From Escherichia phage S164: 30,272 nucleotides of DNA. Of this stretch, positions 1-9,435 are shown piece after piece. A model generated the notes under the pieces. That model saw only the letters and a program-made list of their open reading frames with translations. It had not been told where the DNA came from and ran no database searches. The translations under genes were made by a program, and so were the position numbers. The stretch lies in sequence record ON239131; one strand, written 5' to 3'. Each line of letters begins with the position of its first letter. Positions within the stretch are counted from its first letter, which is position 1.

Positions 1-19
1 GGCGAGGCGGGGAAAGCAC
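1..19. other. cos: cos site, left cohesive end (GGCGAGGCGGGGAAAGCAC)
   Basis: Bases 1-19 match the 19-nt cohesive-end sequence I recall for phage P2. The same sequence recurs at the last 18 bases of the window. Confidence 0.8.
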
Positions 20-162
20 TGCGCGCTGGCGGTGGTGCTGATTTTATTTTTTCAGCGTCTGAGCGCGTCGTGATGGCGTTTAGATTGTTCGCCGGGGCGT
101 TGGTGTGTCTGCGGGCTGTTTTGTGCGGTGGTGAGCGTGTGAGGGCGTGATGACGGGGTGTA

Positions 163-184
163 AAAAAGCCGCCCGCAGGCGGCG
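163..184 (-). terminator. Rho-independent terminator ending the leftward P-Q transcript
   Basis: The minus strand reads GCCGCCTGCGGGCGGC followed by TTTTTT, immediately after the Q stop. Confidence 0.6.
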
Positions 185-188
185 ATGT

Positions 189-1223
189 TCAGCCGTTGTC
201 AGTGTCCAGTGAGTAGTTTTTAAATCGGATGACCTCCTGACCGAGCCAGCCGTTTATCTCGCGGATCCTGTCCTGTAGCGGGATAAGCTCATTGCGGACA
301 AAGACCTTTGCCACTTTCTCAATATCTCCCAGTGACCCGACGTTCTCCGGCTTGCCGCCCATCAACTGAAAGGGGATGCGATGCGCGTCCAGCAGGTCAG
401 CGGCGCTGGCTTTTTTGATATTAAAAAAATCGTCCTTCGTTGCCACTTCACTGAGCGGGATAATTTTAATGCCGTCGGCTTTCCCCTGTGGGGCATAGAG
501 AAACAGATTTTTAAAGTTATTGCGGCCTTTCGACTTAACCATGTTTTCGCGAAGCATTTCGATATCGTTGCGATCCTGCACGGCATCGGTGACGTACATG
601 ATGTATCCGGCATGAGCGCCGTTTTCGTAATACTTGCGGCGGAACAGCGTGGCCGACTCATTCAGCCAGGCAGAGTTAAGGGCGCTGAGATATTCCGGCA
701 GGCCGTACAGCTCCTGATTAATATCCGGCTCCAGCAGGTGAAACACGGAGCCGGGTGCGAAGGCTGTCGGCTCGTTGAAGGACGGCACCCACCAGTAAAC
801 ATCCTCTTCCACACCACGGCGGGTATATTTTGCCGGTGAGGTTTCCAGTCTGATGACCTTACCGGTGGTGCTGTAACGCTTTTCCAGAAACGCATTACCG
901 AACACCAGAAAATCCAGCACAAAGCGGCTGAAATCCTGCTGAGAAAGCCACGGATGCGGAATAAACGTTGAAGCCAGAATATTGCGTTTAACGTAAATCG
1001 GCGAGCTGTGATGCACGGCAGCACGCAGGCTTTTTGCCAGACCGGTAAAGCTGACCGGCGGCTCATACCATCTGCCGTTACTGATGCACTCGACGTAATC
1101 CAGAATGTCACGGCGGTCGAGTACCGGCACCGGCTCGCCAAAGGTGAATGCCTCCATTTTCGGGGCGCTGGCGGTCATTGTTTTTGCCGCAGGTTGCGGT
1201 GTTTTCCCTTTTTTCTTGCTCAT
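189..1223 (-). CDS. Q: Portal (capsid vertex) protein, P2 gpQ
   Basis: 344 aa, the same length as P2 Q, in the P2 position next to cos and the terminase gene. Its start overlaps the P stop (ATGA). Confidence 0.9.
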   Translation of the reverse strand: MSKKKGKTPQPAAKTMTASAPKMEAFTFGEPVPVLDRRDILDYVECISNGRWYEPPVSFTGLAKSLRAAVHHSSPIYVKRNILASTFIPHPWLSQQDFSRFVLDFLVFGNAFLEKRYSTTGKVIRLETSPAKYTRRGVEEDVYWWVPSFNEPTAFAPGSVFHLLEPDINQELYGLPEYLSALNSAWLNESATLFRRKYYENGAHAGYIMYVTDAVQDRNDIEMLRENMVKSKGRNNFKNLFLYAPQGKADGIKIIPLSEVATKDDFFNIKKASAADLLDAHRIPFQLMGGKPENVGSLGDIEKVAKVFVRNELIPLQDRIREINGWLGQEVIRFKNYSLDTDNG

Positions 1224-2995
1224 CAGTAAAACTCCAGAATGGTGGATGTCAGCGGAGTGCTGATACCGGCGGTGAGTGGCTCATTTAACAGGGCGTGCAT
1301 GGTCGCCCAGGCGAGGTCGGCGTGGCTGGCTTCCTCGCTGCGGCTGGCCTCATAGGTGGCGCTGCGTCCGCTGCTGGTCATGGTCTTGCGGATAGCCATA
1401 AACGAGCTGGTGATGTCGGTGGCGCTGACGTCATATTCCAGACAGCCACGGCGGATAACGTCTTTTGCCTTGAGCACCATTGCGGTTTTCATTTCCGGCG
1501 TGTAGCGGATATCGCGCGCGGCGGGATAGAACGAGCGCACGAGCTGGAACACACCGACACCGAGGCCGGTGGCATCAATCCCGATGTATTCAACGTTATA
1601 TTTTTCGGTGAGTTTGCGGATGGATTCTGCCTGGGTGGCAAAGTCCATGCCTTTCCACTGGTGACGCTCAAGGATCCTGAATTTGCCACCGGCCACCACC
1701 GGCGGTGCCAGCACCACGCATCCGGCGCTGTCGCCACGGTGTGACGGGTCGTAACCAATCCATACCGGGCGGGAGCCGAACGGATTTGCGGCAAACGGTG
1801 CATAGTCTTCCCATTCTTCCAGCGTATCGACCATGCAGCGTTGCAGCTCCTCGAACGGGAACACCGACGCTTTGTCGTCAACAAATTCACACATGAACAG
1901 GTTTTTAAAATCGTCGGCGCTGTTTTCACGTTTGAGCTGCTCAATGTCGAACAGCGTGCAGCCGCCTTTCAGCGCGTCCTCAATGGTGACAATCTGCCGC
2001 CACTGGCCGTCCGCACAGAGAAGCCCACCGGCAAGGGCGTTATGACTGACGTCGATTTCCACGCGTTCGGCGGCGCTGGCGCGTCCCCGGTTGAACAGTT
2101 CACCCGACCAGAACGGGTAGGCGTCGTGCGCCAGCGTGGACGGGGTGGAGAAATAGGTCGAGCGCAGGTGACTCTGTGAGGCCATACCTGATGCCACCTT
2201 ACGCAGTACCTGAAAATTCGGGATCCAGAAAATCTCGTCGACGTACAGGTCGCCGTTATGGCTCTGTGCGGTGTTGGAGTTGGTGCCGAGAAAAATCAGT
2301 TTTGCACCGTTATTGCCCAGGACAATCGGGTCACCGGTCAGGTCAACGTCAACCAGCCGGGCAAAGGCAATGATGTATTCGCGGAACACATACGCCTGCG
2401 TTTTACTGGCCGACAGAAAAATCTGGTTATGGCCGGTTTTCAGGGCGCGCAGCAGCGCCTCGCGGGAAAAATAAAACGTCGCGCCAATCTGGCGGGATTT
2501 CAGGATATCGCGGATGCGGTGCTCAAGCCCGGCGCGATACCAGTGCAACTGATAGTCGAAAGACTGCTCAAAGAAAATCTGCTCCAGCTTTTCGATGGCC
2601 TCGTCACTGAAAAAATTCTTTTTCGGTTTGCGACGCCCGCCTTTGTTGCGGTTAGCGACGTTCGGATTAAGGTCTGCCTCGTTGCCGGTCTGACTGTAAC
2701 GGTTGACCCGTGCCAGTCGTTCAATCTGGCGTCCGAGCAGGTCAATTTCCTTGAAGTCACCGCCGGTTTTCTGCGGTTTGATGATGAGCTGGGTCAGCCT
2801 CGCTTCCAGACTCATTTCGACACGGCTGATGGGGGCAACGCTGTCCCAGCCGTCGCGCTGTTTCCAGCTCTGCACCGTCGGGCGTTTCATCTGCAACATG
2901 GCGGCAATCTGCGGCACGGAAAATCCCTGCCAGTACAGCAGCGCCGCCTGACGACGCGGGTCGTGTAAAAGAGTGGTGTCTGTGGTGATGGTCAT
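1223..2995 (-). CDS. P: Terminase large (ATPase) subunit, P2 gpP
   Basis: Starting at the MTITTDTT ATG at 2995 gives 590 aa, equal to P2 P, with a GAGG ribosome-binding site upstream. The 600-aa version in the ORF track is an N-terminal over-extension. Confidence 0.88.
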   Translation of the reverse strand: MTITTDTTLLHDPRRQAALLYWQGFSVPQIAAMLQMKRPTVQSWKQRDGWDSVAPISRVEMSLEARLTQLIIKPQKTGGDFKEIDLLGRQIERLARVNRYSQTGNEADLNPNVANRNKGGRRKPKKNFFSDEAIEKLEQIFFEQSFDYQLHWYRAGLEHRIRDILKSRQIGATFYFSREALLRALKTGHNQIFLSASKTQAYVFREYIIAFARLVDVDLTGDPIVLGNNGAKLIFLGTNSNTAQSHNGDLYVDEIFWIPNFQVLRKVASGMASQSHLRSTYFSTPSTLAHDAYPFWSGELFNRGRASAAERVEIDVSHNALAGGLLCADGQWRQIVTIEDALKGGCTLFDIEQLKRENSADDFKNLFMCEFVDDKASVFPFEELQRCMVDTLEEWEDYAPFAANPFGSRPVWIGYDPSHRGDSAGCVVLAPPVVAGGKFRILERHQWKGMDFATQAESIRKLTEKYNVEYIGIDATGLGVGVFQLVRSFYPAARDIRYTPEMKTAMVLKAKDVIRRGCLEYDVSATDITSSFMAIRKTMTSSGRSATYEASRSEEASHADLAWATMHALLNEPLTAGISTPLTSTILEFY

Positions 2996-3059
2996 GAATA
3001 CCTCGCCGTGATGAATACACGGCAAGGCTACTGAGTCGCGCCCCGCGATTCGCTAAGGT

Positions 3060-3099
3060 GCTGTTGTGTCAGTGATAAGCCATCCGGGACTGATGGCGG
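3060..3099. promoter_or_regulatory. Divergent late promoter region P_P/P_O with the TTGTGTCA-N7-GCCATCCGGGAC element
   Basis: TTGTGTCAGTGATAAGCCATCCGGGAC lies 70-96 bp upstream of the O ATG. The same 27-mer architecture stands upstream of FI. The minus strand carries TGACACAA followed by TTAGCGAATCGCGGGG upstream of P. Confidence 0.4.
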
Positions 3100-3168
3100 A
3101 GGATGCGCATCGTCGGGAAACTGATGCCGACATGTGACTCCTCTAATCACTATTCAGGACTCCTGACA

Positions 3169-4023
3169 ATGGCAAAAAAAGTCTCAAAATTCTTTCGTAT
3201 CGGCGTTGAGGGTGACACCTGTGACGGGCGTGTCATCAGTGCGCAGGATATTCAGGAAATGGCCGAAACCTTTGACCCGCGAGTCTATGGTTGCCGCATT
3301 AACCTGGAACATCTGCGCGGCATCCTGCCTGACGGTATTTTTAAGCGTTATGGCGATGTGGCCGAACTGAAGGCCGAAAAGATTGACGATGATTCGGCGC
3401 TGAAAGGCAAATGGGCGCTGTTTGCGAAAATCACCCCGACCGATGACCTTATCGCGATGAACAAGGCCGCGCAGAAGGTCTATACCTCAATGGAAATTCA
3501 GCCGAACTTTGCCAATACCGGCAAATGTTATCTGGTGGGTCTGGCCGTCACCGATGACCCGGCAAGCCTCGGCACGGAATACCTGGAATTCTGCCGCACG
3601 GCAAAACACAACCCCCTGAACCGCTTCAAATTAAGCCCTGAAAACCTGATTTCAGTGGCAACGCCTGTTGAGCTGGAATTTGAAGACCTGCCTGAAACCG
3701 TGTTCACCGCCCTGACCGAAAAGGTGAAATCCATTTTTGGCCGCAAACAGGCCAGCGATGACGCCCGTCTGAATGACGTGCATGAAGCGGTGACCGCTGT
3801 TGCTGAACATGTGCAGGAAAAACTGAGCGCCACTGAGCAGCGCCTCGCTGAGATGGAAACCGCCTTTTCCGCACTTAAGCAGGATGTGACTGACAGGGCG
3901 GATGAAACCAGCCAGGCATTCACCCGCCTGAAAAACAGTCTCGACCACACCGAAAGTCTGACCCAGCAGCGCCGCAGCAAGGCCACCGGTGGTGGCGGTG
4001 ACGCCCTGATGACGAACTGCTGA
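3169..4023 (+). CDS. O: Capsid scaffolding protein, P2 gpO
   Basis: Starting at MAKKVSKFFRIGVEG gives 284 aa, equal to P2 O. It is transcribed divergently from P. Confidence 0.88.
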   Translation: MAKKVSKFFRIGVEGDTCDGRVISAQDIQEMAETFDPRVYGCRINLEHLRGILPDGIFKRYGDVAELKAEKIDDDSALKGKWALFAKITPTDDLIAMNKAAQKVYTSMEIQPNFANTGKCYLVGLAVTDDPASLGTEYLEFCRTAKHNPLNRFKLSPENLISVATPVELEFEDLPETVFTALTEKVKSIFGRKQASDDARLNDVHEAVTAVAEHVQEKLSATEQRLAEMETAFSALKQDVTDRADETSQAFTRLKNSLDHTESLTQQRRSKATGGGGDALMTNC

Positions 4024-4081
4024 CCGGCGTCAGTCAGTCCGGGAAAACCTTCACGATTAACCCTTAATTTCAGGAAAAACT

Positions 4082-5155
4082 ATGCGCCAGGAAACCCGCT
4101 TTAAATTTAATGCCTACCTGTCCCGTGTTGCCGAACTGAACGGCATCGACGCCGGTGATGTGTCGAAAAAATTCACCGTTGAACCGTCGGTCACCCAGAC
4201 CCTGATGAACACCATGCAGGAGTCCTCTGATTTTCTGACCCGCATCAACATTGTGCCGGTCAGCGAAATGAAAGGGGAAAAAATTGGTATTGGTGTCACC
4301 GGCTCCATCGCCAGCACCACCGACACCGCCGGTGGCACCGAGCGTCAGCCGAAGGACTTCTCGAAGCTGGCGTCCAGTAAGTACGAATGCGACCAGATTA
4401 ACTTCGATTTTTATATCCGCTACAAAACGCTGGACCTGTGGGCGCGTTATCAGGATTTCCAGCTCCGTGTCCGTAACGCCATTATCAAACGTCAGTCCCT
4501 TGATTTAATCATGGCCGGTTTTAACGGCGTGAAGCGTGCCGAAACCTCTGACCGCAGCAGCAATCCGATGCTGCAGGATGTGGCGGTCGGCTGGCTGCAG
4601 AAATACCGCAATGAAGCCCCGGCGCGCGTGATGAGCAAGGTTACTGACGAGGAAGGTCACACCACCTCTGAGGTCATCCGCGTGGGTAAGGGCGGTGATT
4701 ATGCCAGCCTCGATGCACTGGTGATGGATGCGACCAACAACCTGATTGAGCCGTGGTATCAGGAAGACCCTGACCTTGTGGTGATTGTGGGGCGTCAGTT
4801 ACTGGCGGACAAGTATTTCCCCATCGTTAACAAGGAGCAGGACAACAGCGAAATGCTGGCCGCTGACGTCATCATCAGCCAGAAACGCATCGGTAACCTG
4901 CCGGCGGTACGCGTCCCGTACTTCCCGGCGGATGCGATGCTCATCACGAAGCTGGAAAACCTGTCCATCTACTACATGGATGACAGCCATCGCCGCGTGA
5001 TTGAGGAAAACCCGAAACTCGACCGCGTGGAGAACTACGAGTCAATGAACATTGATTACGTGGTGGAAGACTACGCCGCCGGTTGTCTGGTGGAAAAAAT
5101 TAAGGTCGGTGACTTCTCCACACCGACTAAAGTGACCGCAGAGCCGGGAGCGTAA
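4082..5155 (+). CDS. N: Major capsid protein, P2 gpN
   Basis: 357 aa, equal to P2 N, in the O-N-M order. Confidence 0.9.
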   Translation: MRQETRFKFNAYLSRVAELNGIDAGDVSKKFTVEPSVTQTLMNTMQESSDFLTRINIVPVSEMKGEKIGIGVTGSIASTTDTAGGTERQPKDFSKLASSKYECDQINFDFYIRYKTLDLWARYQDFQLRVRNAIIKRQSLDLIMAGFNGVKRAETSDRSSNPMLQDVAVGWLQKYRNEAPARVMSKVTDEEGHTTSEVIRVGKGGDYASLDALVMDATNNLIEPWYQEDPDLVVIVGRQLLADKYFPIVNKEQDNSEMLAADVIISQKRIGNLPAVRVPYFPADAMLITKLENLSIYYMDDSHRRVIEENPKLDRVENYESMNIDYVVEDYAAGCLVEKIKVGDFSTPTKVTAEPGA

Positions 5156-5158
5156 CCG

Positions 5159-5902
5159 ATGACGAGTCCCGCACAGCGCCACATGATGCGGGTCTCGGCA
5201 GCGATGACCGCGCAGCGGGACGCCGCCCCGCTGCGACATGCAACTGTCTATGAGCAGATGCTGGTCAAGCTGGCCGCAGACCAGCGCACACTGAAAGCGA
5301 TTTATTCAAAAGAGCTGAAGGCCGCGAAAAAACGCGAACTGCTGCCGTTCTGGTTGCCGTGGGTGAACGGCGTGCTGGAGCAGGGCAAAGGTGCACAGGA
5401 TGACATTCTGATGACGGTCATGCTGTGGCGTCTGGATACCGGCGATATTGCCGGTGCGCTGGAGATTGCCCGTTATGCCCTGAAGTACGGTCTGACCATG
5501 CCGGGTAAACACCGCCGCACCCCGCCGTACATGTTCACCGAGGAGGTGGCGCTTGCGGCCATGCGCGCTCACGCTGCCGGTGAGTCTGTGGATCCCCGCC
5601 TGCTGACGGACACCCTCGAACTGACCGCCACGGCTGACATGCCTGATGAAGTGCGCGCAAAGCTGCACAAAATCACCGGTCTGTTTCTGCGTGACGCTGG
5701 TGATGCCGCAGGTGCGCTGGTACACCTGCAACGTGCGACACAGCTCGACTGTCAGGCAGGCGTCAAAAAAGAGATTGAACGACTGGAGCGGGAGCTGAAA
5801 CCGAAGCCGGAGCCGCAGCCCAAAGCGGCCACCCGCACTCCGCGTAAGACCCGGAGCGTGACACCGGCAAAACGTGGACGCCCGAAAAAGAAAACCAGTT
5901 AA
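5159..5902 (+). CDS. M: Terminase small (endonuclease) subunit, P2 gpM
   Basis: 247 aa, equal to P2 M, with a basic K/R/P-rich C-terminal tail. Confidence 0.88.
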   Translation: MTSPAQRHMMRVSAAMTAQRDAAPLRHATVYEQMLVKLAADQRTLKAIYSKELKAAKKRELLPFWLPWVNGVLEQGKGAQDDILMTVMLWRLDTGDIAGALEIARYALKYGLTMPGKHRRTPPYMFTEEVALAAMRAHAAGESVDPRLLTDTLELTATADMPDEVRAKLHKITGLFLRDAGDAAGALVHLQRATQLDCQAGVKKEIERLERELKPKPEPQPKAATRTPRKTRSVTPAKRGRPKKKTS

Positions 5903-6001
5903 CAACCGAATGCGCCCCGCGCCAGGGCGGCACGCCGGTCAGTGAGGGTGAATCACCTGACACTGCACCGGCGTCCACCGCCCGACTTTTCAGAGGTGGT
6001 C

Positions 6002-6511
6002 ATGATGACGCTGATTATTCCGCGAAAGGAGGCTCCCGTGTCCGGTGAGGGTACGGTGGTCATCCCGCAACCGGCAGGCGACGAGCCGGTGATTAAAAAC
6101 ACGTTCTTTTTTCCCGATATCGACCCGAAGCGCGTCCGGGAACGTATGCGCCTTGAGCAGACCGTCGCCCCCGCCCGTCTGCGTGAGGCCATCAAGTCAG
6201 GCATGGCTGAAACAAATGCGGAGCTGTACGAGTACCGCGAACAGAAAATTGCCGCCGGTTTTACGCGTCTGGCGGACGTTCCGGCGGACGACATCGACGG
6301 TGAAAGTATCAAAGTTTTTTACTACGAGCGCGCCGTGTGTGCGATGGCGACCGCGTCGCTTTATGAGCGTTATCGCGGCGTGGATGCCAGTGCGAAAGGC
6401 GACAAGAAGGCTGACAGCATTGACAGCACCATTGATGAACTGTGGCGGGATATGCGCTGGGCGGTGGCGCGTATCCAGGACAAGCCGCGCTGCATCGTGA
6501 GTCAAATCTGA
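6002..6511 (+). CDS. L: Head completion protein, P2 gpL
   Basis: Starting at MMTLIIPRKE, which has an AGAGGTGG ribosome-binding site, gives 169 aa, equal to P2 L. The longer ORF from 5942 is an over-extension. Confidence 0.85.
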   Translation: MMTLIIPRKEAPVSGEGTVVIPQPAGDEPVIKNTFFFPDIDPKRVRERMRLEQTVAPARLREAIKSGMAETNAELYEYREQKIAAGFTRLADVPADDIDGESIKVFYYERAVCAMATASLYERYRGVDASAKGDKKADSIDSTIDELWRDMRWAVARIQDKPRCIVSQI

Positions 6512-6714
6512 TGAAGACCTTTGCGCTACAGGGCGACACGCTCGACGCCATTTGTGTCCGGTATTACGGGCGCACTGAGGGCGTGGTTGAGACCGTGCTC
6601 GCCGCAAATCCGGGACTGGCTGAACTGGGTGCGGTGCTGCCACACGGCACCGCCGTCGAACTGCCCGACGTTCAGACCGCGCCCGTGGCTGAAACTGTCA
6701 ATCTGTGGGAGTAA
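6511..6714 (+). CDS. X: Tail protein X (LysM-like), P2 gpX
   Basis: Starting at the ATG at 6511, which overlaps the L stop, gives 67 aa, equal to P2 X. Confidence 0.85.
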   Translation: MKTFALQGDTLDAICVRYYGRTEGVVETVLAANPGLAELGAVLPHGTAVELPDVQTAPVAETVNLWE

Positions 6715-6717
6715 CGC

Positions 6718-6999
6718 ATGACAGCAGAAGAAAAAAGCGTCCTGTCGCTTTTCATGATTGGGGTGCTGATTGTTGTCGGCAAGGTGCTTGCCGGTGGTGA
6801 ACCCATCACCCCGCGTCTGTTTATCGGGCGCATGTTGCTCGGTGGTTTTGTCTCGATGGTTGCCGGTGTTGTTCTGGTGCAGTTTCCTGACCTGTCACTG
6901 CCTGCAGTGTGCGGCATCGGCTCCATGCTGGGTATCGCCGGTTATCAGGTGATTGAGATTGCCATTCAGCGCCGCTTTAAGGGCAGGGGGAAACCGTAA
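6718..6999 (+). CDS. Y: Holin, P2 gpY
   Basis: 93 aa with hydrophobic transmembrane segments, directly upstream of the endolysin. Same length as P2 Y. Confidence 0.88.
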   Translation: MTAEEKSVLSLFMIGVLIVVGKVLAGGEPITPRLFIGRMLLGGFVSMVAGVVLVQFPDLSLPAVCGIGSMLGIAGYQVIEIAIQRRFKGRGKP

Positions 7000-7496
7000 T
7001 GCCGGTAATTAACACGCATCAGAATATCGCCGCCTTTCTCGACATGCTGGCGGTATCCGAAGGGACGGCAAATCATCCGCTGACGAAAAACCGTGGCTAT
7101 GACGTGATAGTCACCGGACTGGACGGGAAGCCGGAAATTTTCACCGACTACAGTGACCACCCGTTCGCGCATGGCCGACCGGCGAAGGTGTTTAACCGTC
7201 GCGGTGAAAAATCCACGGCCTCCGGTCGCTATCAGCAGCTTTACCTGTTCTGGCCGCATTACCGCAAACAGCTTGCCCTGCCGGATTTCAGTCCGTTGTC
7301 ACAGGACAGACTCGCCATTCAGTTGATCCGCGAACGCGGTGCGCTGGATGACATCCGGGCGGGACGCATTGAGCGCGCCATTTCACGCTGTCGCAATATC
7401 TGGGCGTCCCTGCCGGGTGCCGGTTACGGTCAGCGTGAGCATTCACTGGAAAAACTGGTCACCGTCTGGCGTACCGCTGGCGGCGTACCGGCTTAA
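6999..7496 (+). CDS. K: Endolysin (lysozyme), P2 gpK
   Basis: 165 aa, equal to P2 K. Its start overlaps the Y stop. Confidence 0.9.
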   Translation: MPVINTHQNIAAFLDMLAVSEGTANHPLTKNRGYDVIVTGLDGKPEIFTDYSDHPFAHGRPAKVFNRRGEKSTASGRYQQLYLFWPHYRKQLALPDFSPLSQDRLAIQLIRERGALDDIRAGRIERAISRCRNIWASLPGAGYGQREHSLEKLVTVWRTAGGVPA

Positions 7497-7510
7497 ACGG
7501 AGTAAACACC

Positions 7511-7936
7511 ATGAAGAAATTATCCCTTTCACTGATGCTGAACGTGTCGCTGGCGCTGATGCTGGCACTGTCCCTGATTTACCCGCAGAGCGTGGCCGTC
7601 AATTTTGTCGCCGCCTGGGCGATTCTGGCGATGGTTATCTGTGTGGTTGTCGGTGGTGTCGGCGTGTATGCCACTGAGTATGTGCTGGAACGCTACGGGC
7701 GGGAGCTGCCGCCGGAATCGCTGGCCGTGAAGATTGTCACGTCGCTGTTTTTGCAGCCGGTGCCGTGGCGCAGACGGGCGGCGGCTCTGGTAGTGATGGT
7801 GGCGACGTTTATCTCGCTGGTTGCCGCCGGGTGGATTTTTACTGCGCTGATTTATCTCGTGGCGTCGCTGTTTTTCCGGCTGATACGTACGGCCTGCCGT
7901 CAGCGTCTTGAGGGGCGGGAACTATGTCAAAGCTGA
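7511..7936 (+). CDS. lysA: Lysis timing membrane protein LysA
   Basis: 141 aa, equal to P2 LysA, with several transmembrane segments. Confidence 0.85.
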   Translation: MKKLSLSLMLNVSLALMLALSLIYPQSVAVNFVAAWAILAMVICVVVGGVGVYATEYVLERYGRELPPESLAVKIVTSLFLQPVPWRRRAAALVVMVATFISLVAAGWIFTALIYLVASLFFRLIRTACRQRLEGRELCQS

Positions 7937-8349
7937 TGATTGTGCTGGTCGTGTTGTTATCGCTGGCGGTGGCCGGTCTGTTTCTGGTGAAACACAAAAA
8001 TGCCAGCCTGCGCGCCTCGCTGGGCAGGGCGAATAACGTCGCCAGTGAACAGCTGACGACCATCACCATGCTGAAAAATCAGCTTCATGTTGCGCTCACC
8101 AGAGCAGACAAAAACGAGCTGGCGCAGGTGGCACTGCGTCAGGAACTGGAGAACACCGCGAAGCGTGAAGCACAGCGCGAGAAAACCATCACGAGGTTAC
8201 TCAATGAAAACGAAGATTTTCGCCGCTGGTACGGCGCTGGCCTGCCTGATGCTGTGCGCCGGTTGCACCAGCGCCCGGCCTGCACCGACGCCAGTGATTG
8301 TCGCCAACGCCTGCCCGAAAGTGAGCCTTTGCCCGATGCCGGGCAGTGA
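7924..8349 (+). CDS. lysB: LysB, Rz-like inner-membrane spanin
   Basis: 141 aa, equal to P2 LysB, with an N-terminal transmembrane segment and a coiled-coil body. Confidence 0.85.
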   Translation: MSKLMIVLVVLLSLAVAGLFLVKHKNASLRASLGRANNVASEQLTTITMLKNQLHVALTRADKNELAQVALRQELENTAKREAQREKTITRLLNENEDFRRWYGAGLPDAVRRLHQRPACTDASDCRQRLPESEPLPDAGQ

Positions 8350-8494
8350 CCCGGAGACGAACGGCGATTTAAGTGCCGATATCCGACAGCTTGAGAACGC
8401 GCTGGCACGCTGTGCCAGCCAGGTAAAAATGATTAAACACTGTCAGGACGAAAACGATGCTCAAACCCGACAGCCTGCGCAGGGCGCTGACTGA
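8204..8494 (+). CDS. lysC: LysC, Rz1-like outer-membrane lipoprotein spanin, nested in lysB in the +1 frame
   Basis: An ATG at 8204 opens a 96-aa product, MKTKIFAAGTALACLMLCAGCTS, which carries a signal peptide and a lipobox (LCAGC). It starts inside lysB and runs past the lysB stop into R, as P2 LysC does. Confidence 0.75.
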   Translation: MKTKIFAAGTALACLMLCAGCTSARPAPTPVIVANACPKVSLCPMPGSDPETNGDLSADIRQLENALARCASQVKMIKHCQDENDAQTRQPAQGAD

Positions 8495-8924
8495 TGCCGT
8501 CACGGTGCTGAAAACCAGCCCCGAGATGCTGCGGATATTCGTGGATAACGGGAGTATTGCCTCCACACTGGCGGCGTCGTTGTCATTCGAAAAGCGTTAC
8601 ACGCTCAATGTGATTGTGACCGACTTTACCGGTGATTTTGACCTGCTCATCGTGCCGGTGCTGGCGTGGCTGCGGGAAAATCAGCCCGACATCATGACCA
8701 CCGACGAAGGCCAGAAAAAAGGTTTCACGTTTTATGCAGACATCAACAATGACAGCAGCTTTGATATCAGCATCAGCCTGATGCTGACCGAGCGCACGCT
8801 GGTCAGCGAGGTTGACGGTGCGCTGCATGTGAAGAATATCCCGGAACCCCCGCCGCCGGAGCCGGTCACCCGCCCGGTGGAGCTTTATATCAATGGCGAA
8901 CTGGTGAGCAAGTGGGATGAATGA
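8457..8924 (+). CDS. R: Tail completion protein, P2 gpR
   Basis: 155 aa, equal to P2 R. Confidence 0.85.
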   Translation: MLKPDSLRRALTDAVTVLKTSPEMLRIFVDNGSIASTLAASLSFEKRYTLNVIVTDFTGDFDLLIVPVLAWLRENQPDIMTTDEGQKKGFTFYADINNDSSFDISISLMLTERTLVSEVDGALHVKNIPEPPPPEPVTRPVELYINGELVSKWDE

Positions 8925-9369
8925 GTTTAAGCGTTTTGAAGACCGGCTGACCGGACTGACTGAATCGCTGTCACCGTCAGGGCGTCGGCGACTGAGCGCC
9001 GAACTGGCGAAACGTCTGCGTCAGAGTCAGCAGCGTCGGGTGATGGCACAGAAAGCCCCGGACGGCACACCCTACGCGCCACGCCAGCAGCAGAGCGCCA
9101 GAAAAAAGACTGGTCGTGTTAAGCGAAAAATGTTTGCGAAACTTATCACCAGTCGTTTTTTGCATATCCGCGCCAGCCCGGAACAGGCATCAATGGAATT
9201 TTACGGCGGGAAGTCGCCGAAAATCGCCAGTGTGCATCAGTTCGGTCTGTCGGAAGAAACCCGGAAAGACGGTAAGAAAATTGATTATCCGGCGCGTCCT
9301 CTGCTCGGCTTTACCGGTGAGGATGTGCAGATGATTGAAGAGATTATCCTGGCTCACCTCGACCGTTAG
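8917..9369 (+). CDS. S: Tail completion protein, P2 gpS
   Basis: 150 aa, equal to P2 S. Confidence 0.85.
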   Translation: MNEFKRFEDRLTGLTESLSPSGRRRLSAELAKRLRQSQQRRVMAQKAPDGTPYAPRQQQSARKKTGRVKRKMFAKLITSRFLHIRASPEQASMEFYGGKSPKIASVHQFGLSEETRKDGKKIDYPARPLLGFTGEDVQMIEEIILAHLDR

Positions 9370-9435
9370 TTGTGCCATCCCCGACACCTCATCGTCACAT
9401 TGCCGCCGGTATGACCCGGCGGCATCCTTCCCGTT

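Noticed and set aside
362-1141. ORFs of 99-159 aa on both strands inside the Q gene (362-661 -, 381-839 +, 662-1141 -)
   Set aside because: They lie wholly within the well-supported portal gene, are Arg/Cys/Ser-rich with GC-type codon bias, and have no ribosome-binding sites. They are shadow ORFs of a GC-rich coding region.
3103-3168. N-terminal extension of O from 3103 (MRIVGKLMPTCDSSNHYSGLLT-)
   Set aside because: Starting at MAKKVSKFF (3169) gives exactly the P2 O length of 284 aa. The extension would also overlap the late promoter region.
5306-5905. 199-aa minus-strand ORF antisense to the terminase small-subunit gene M
   Set aside because: It overlaps M completely, has an Arg/Gly-rich low-complexity composition and no ribosome-binding site. 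Antisense artefact.
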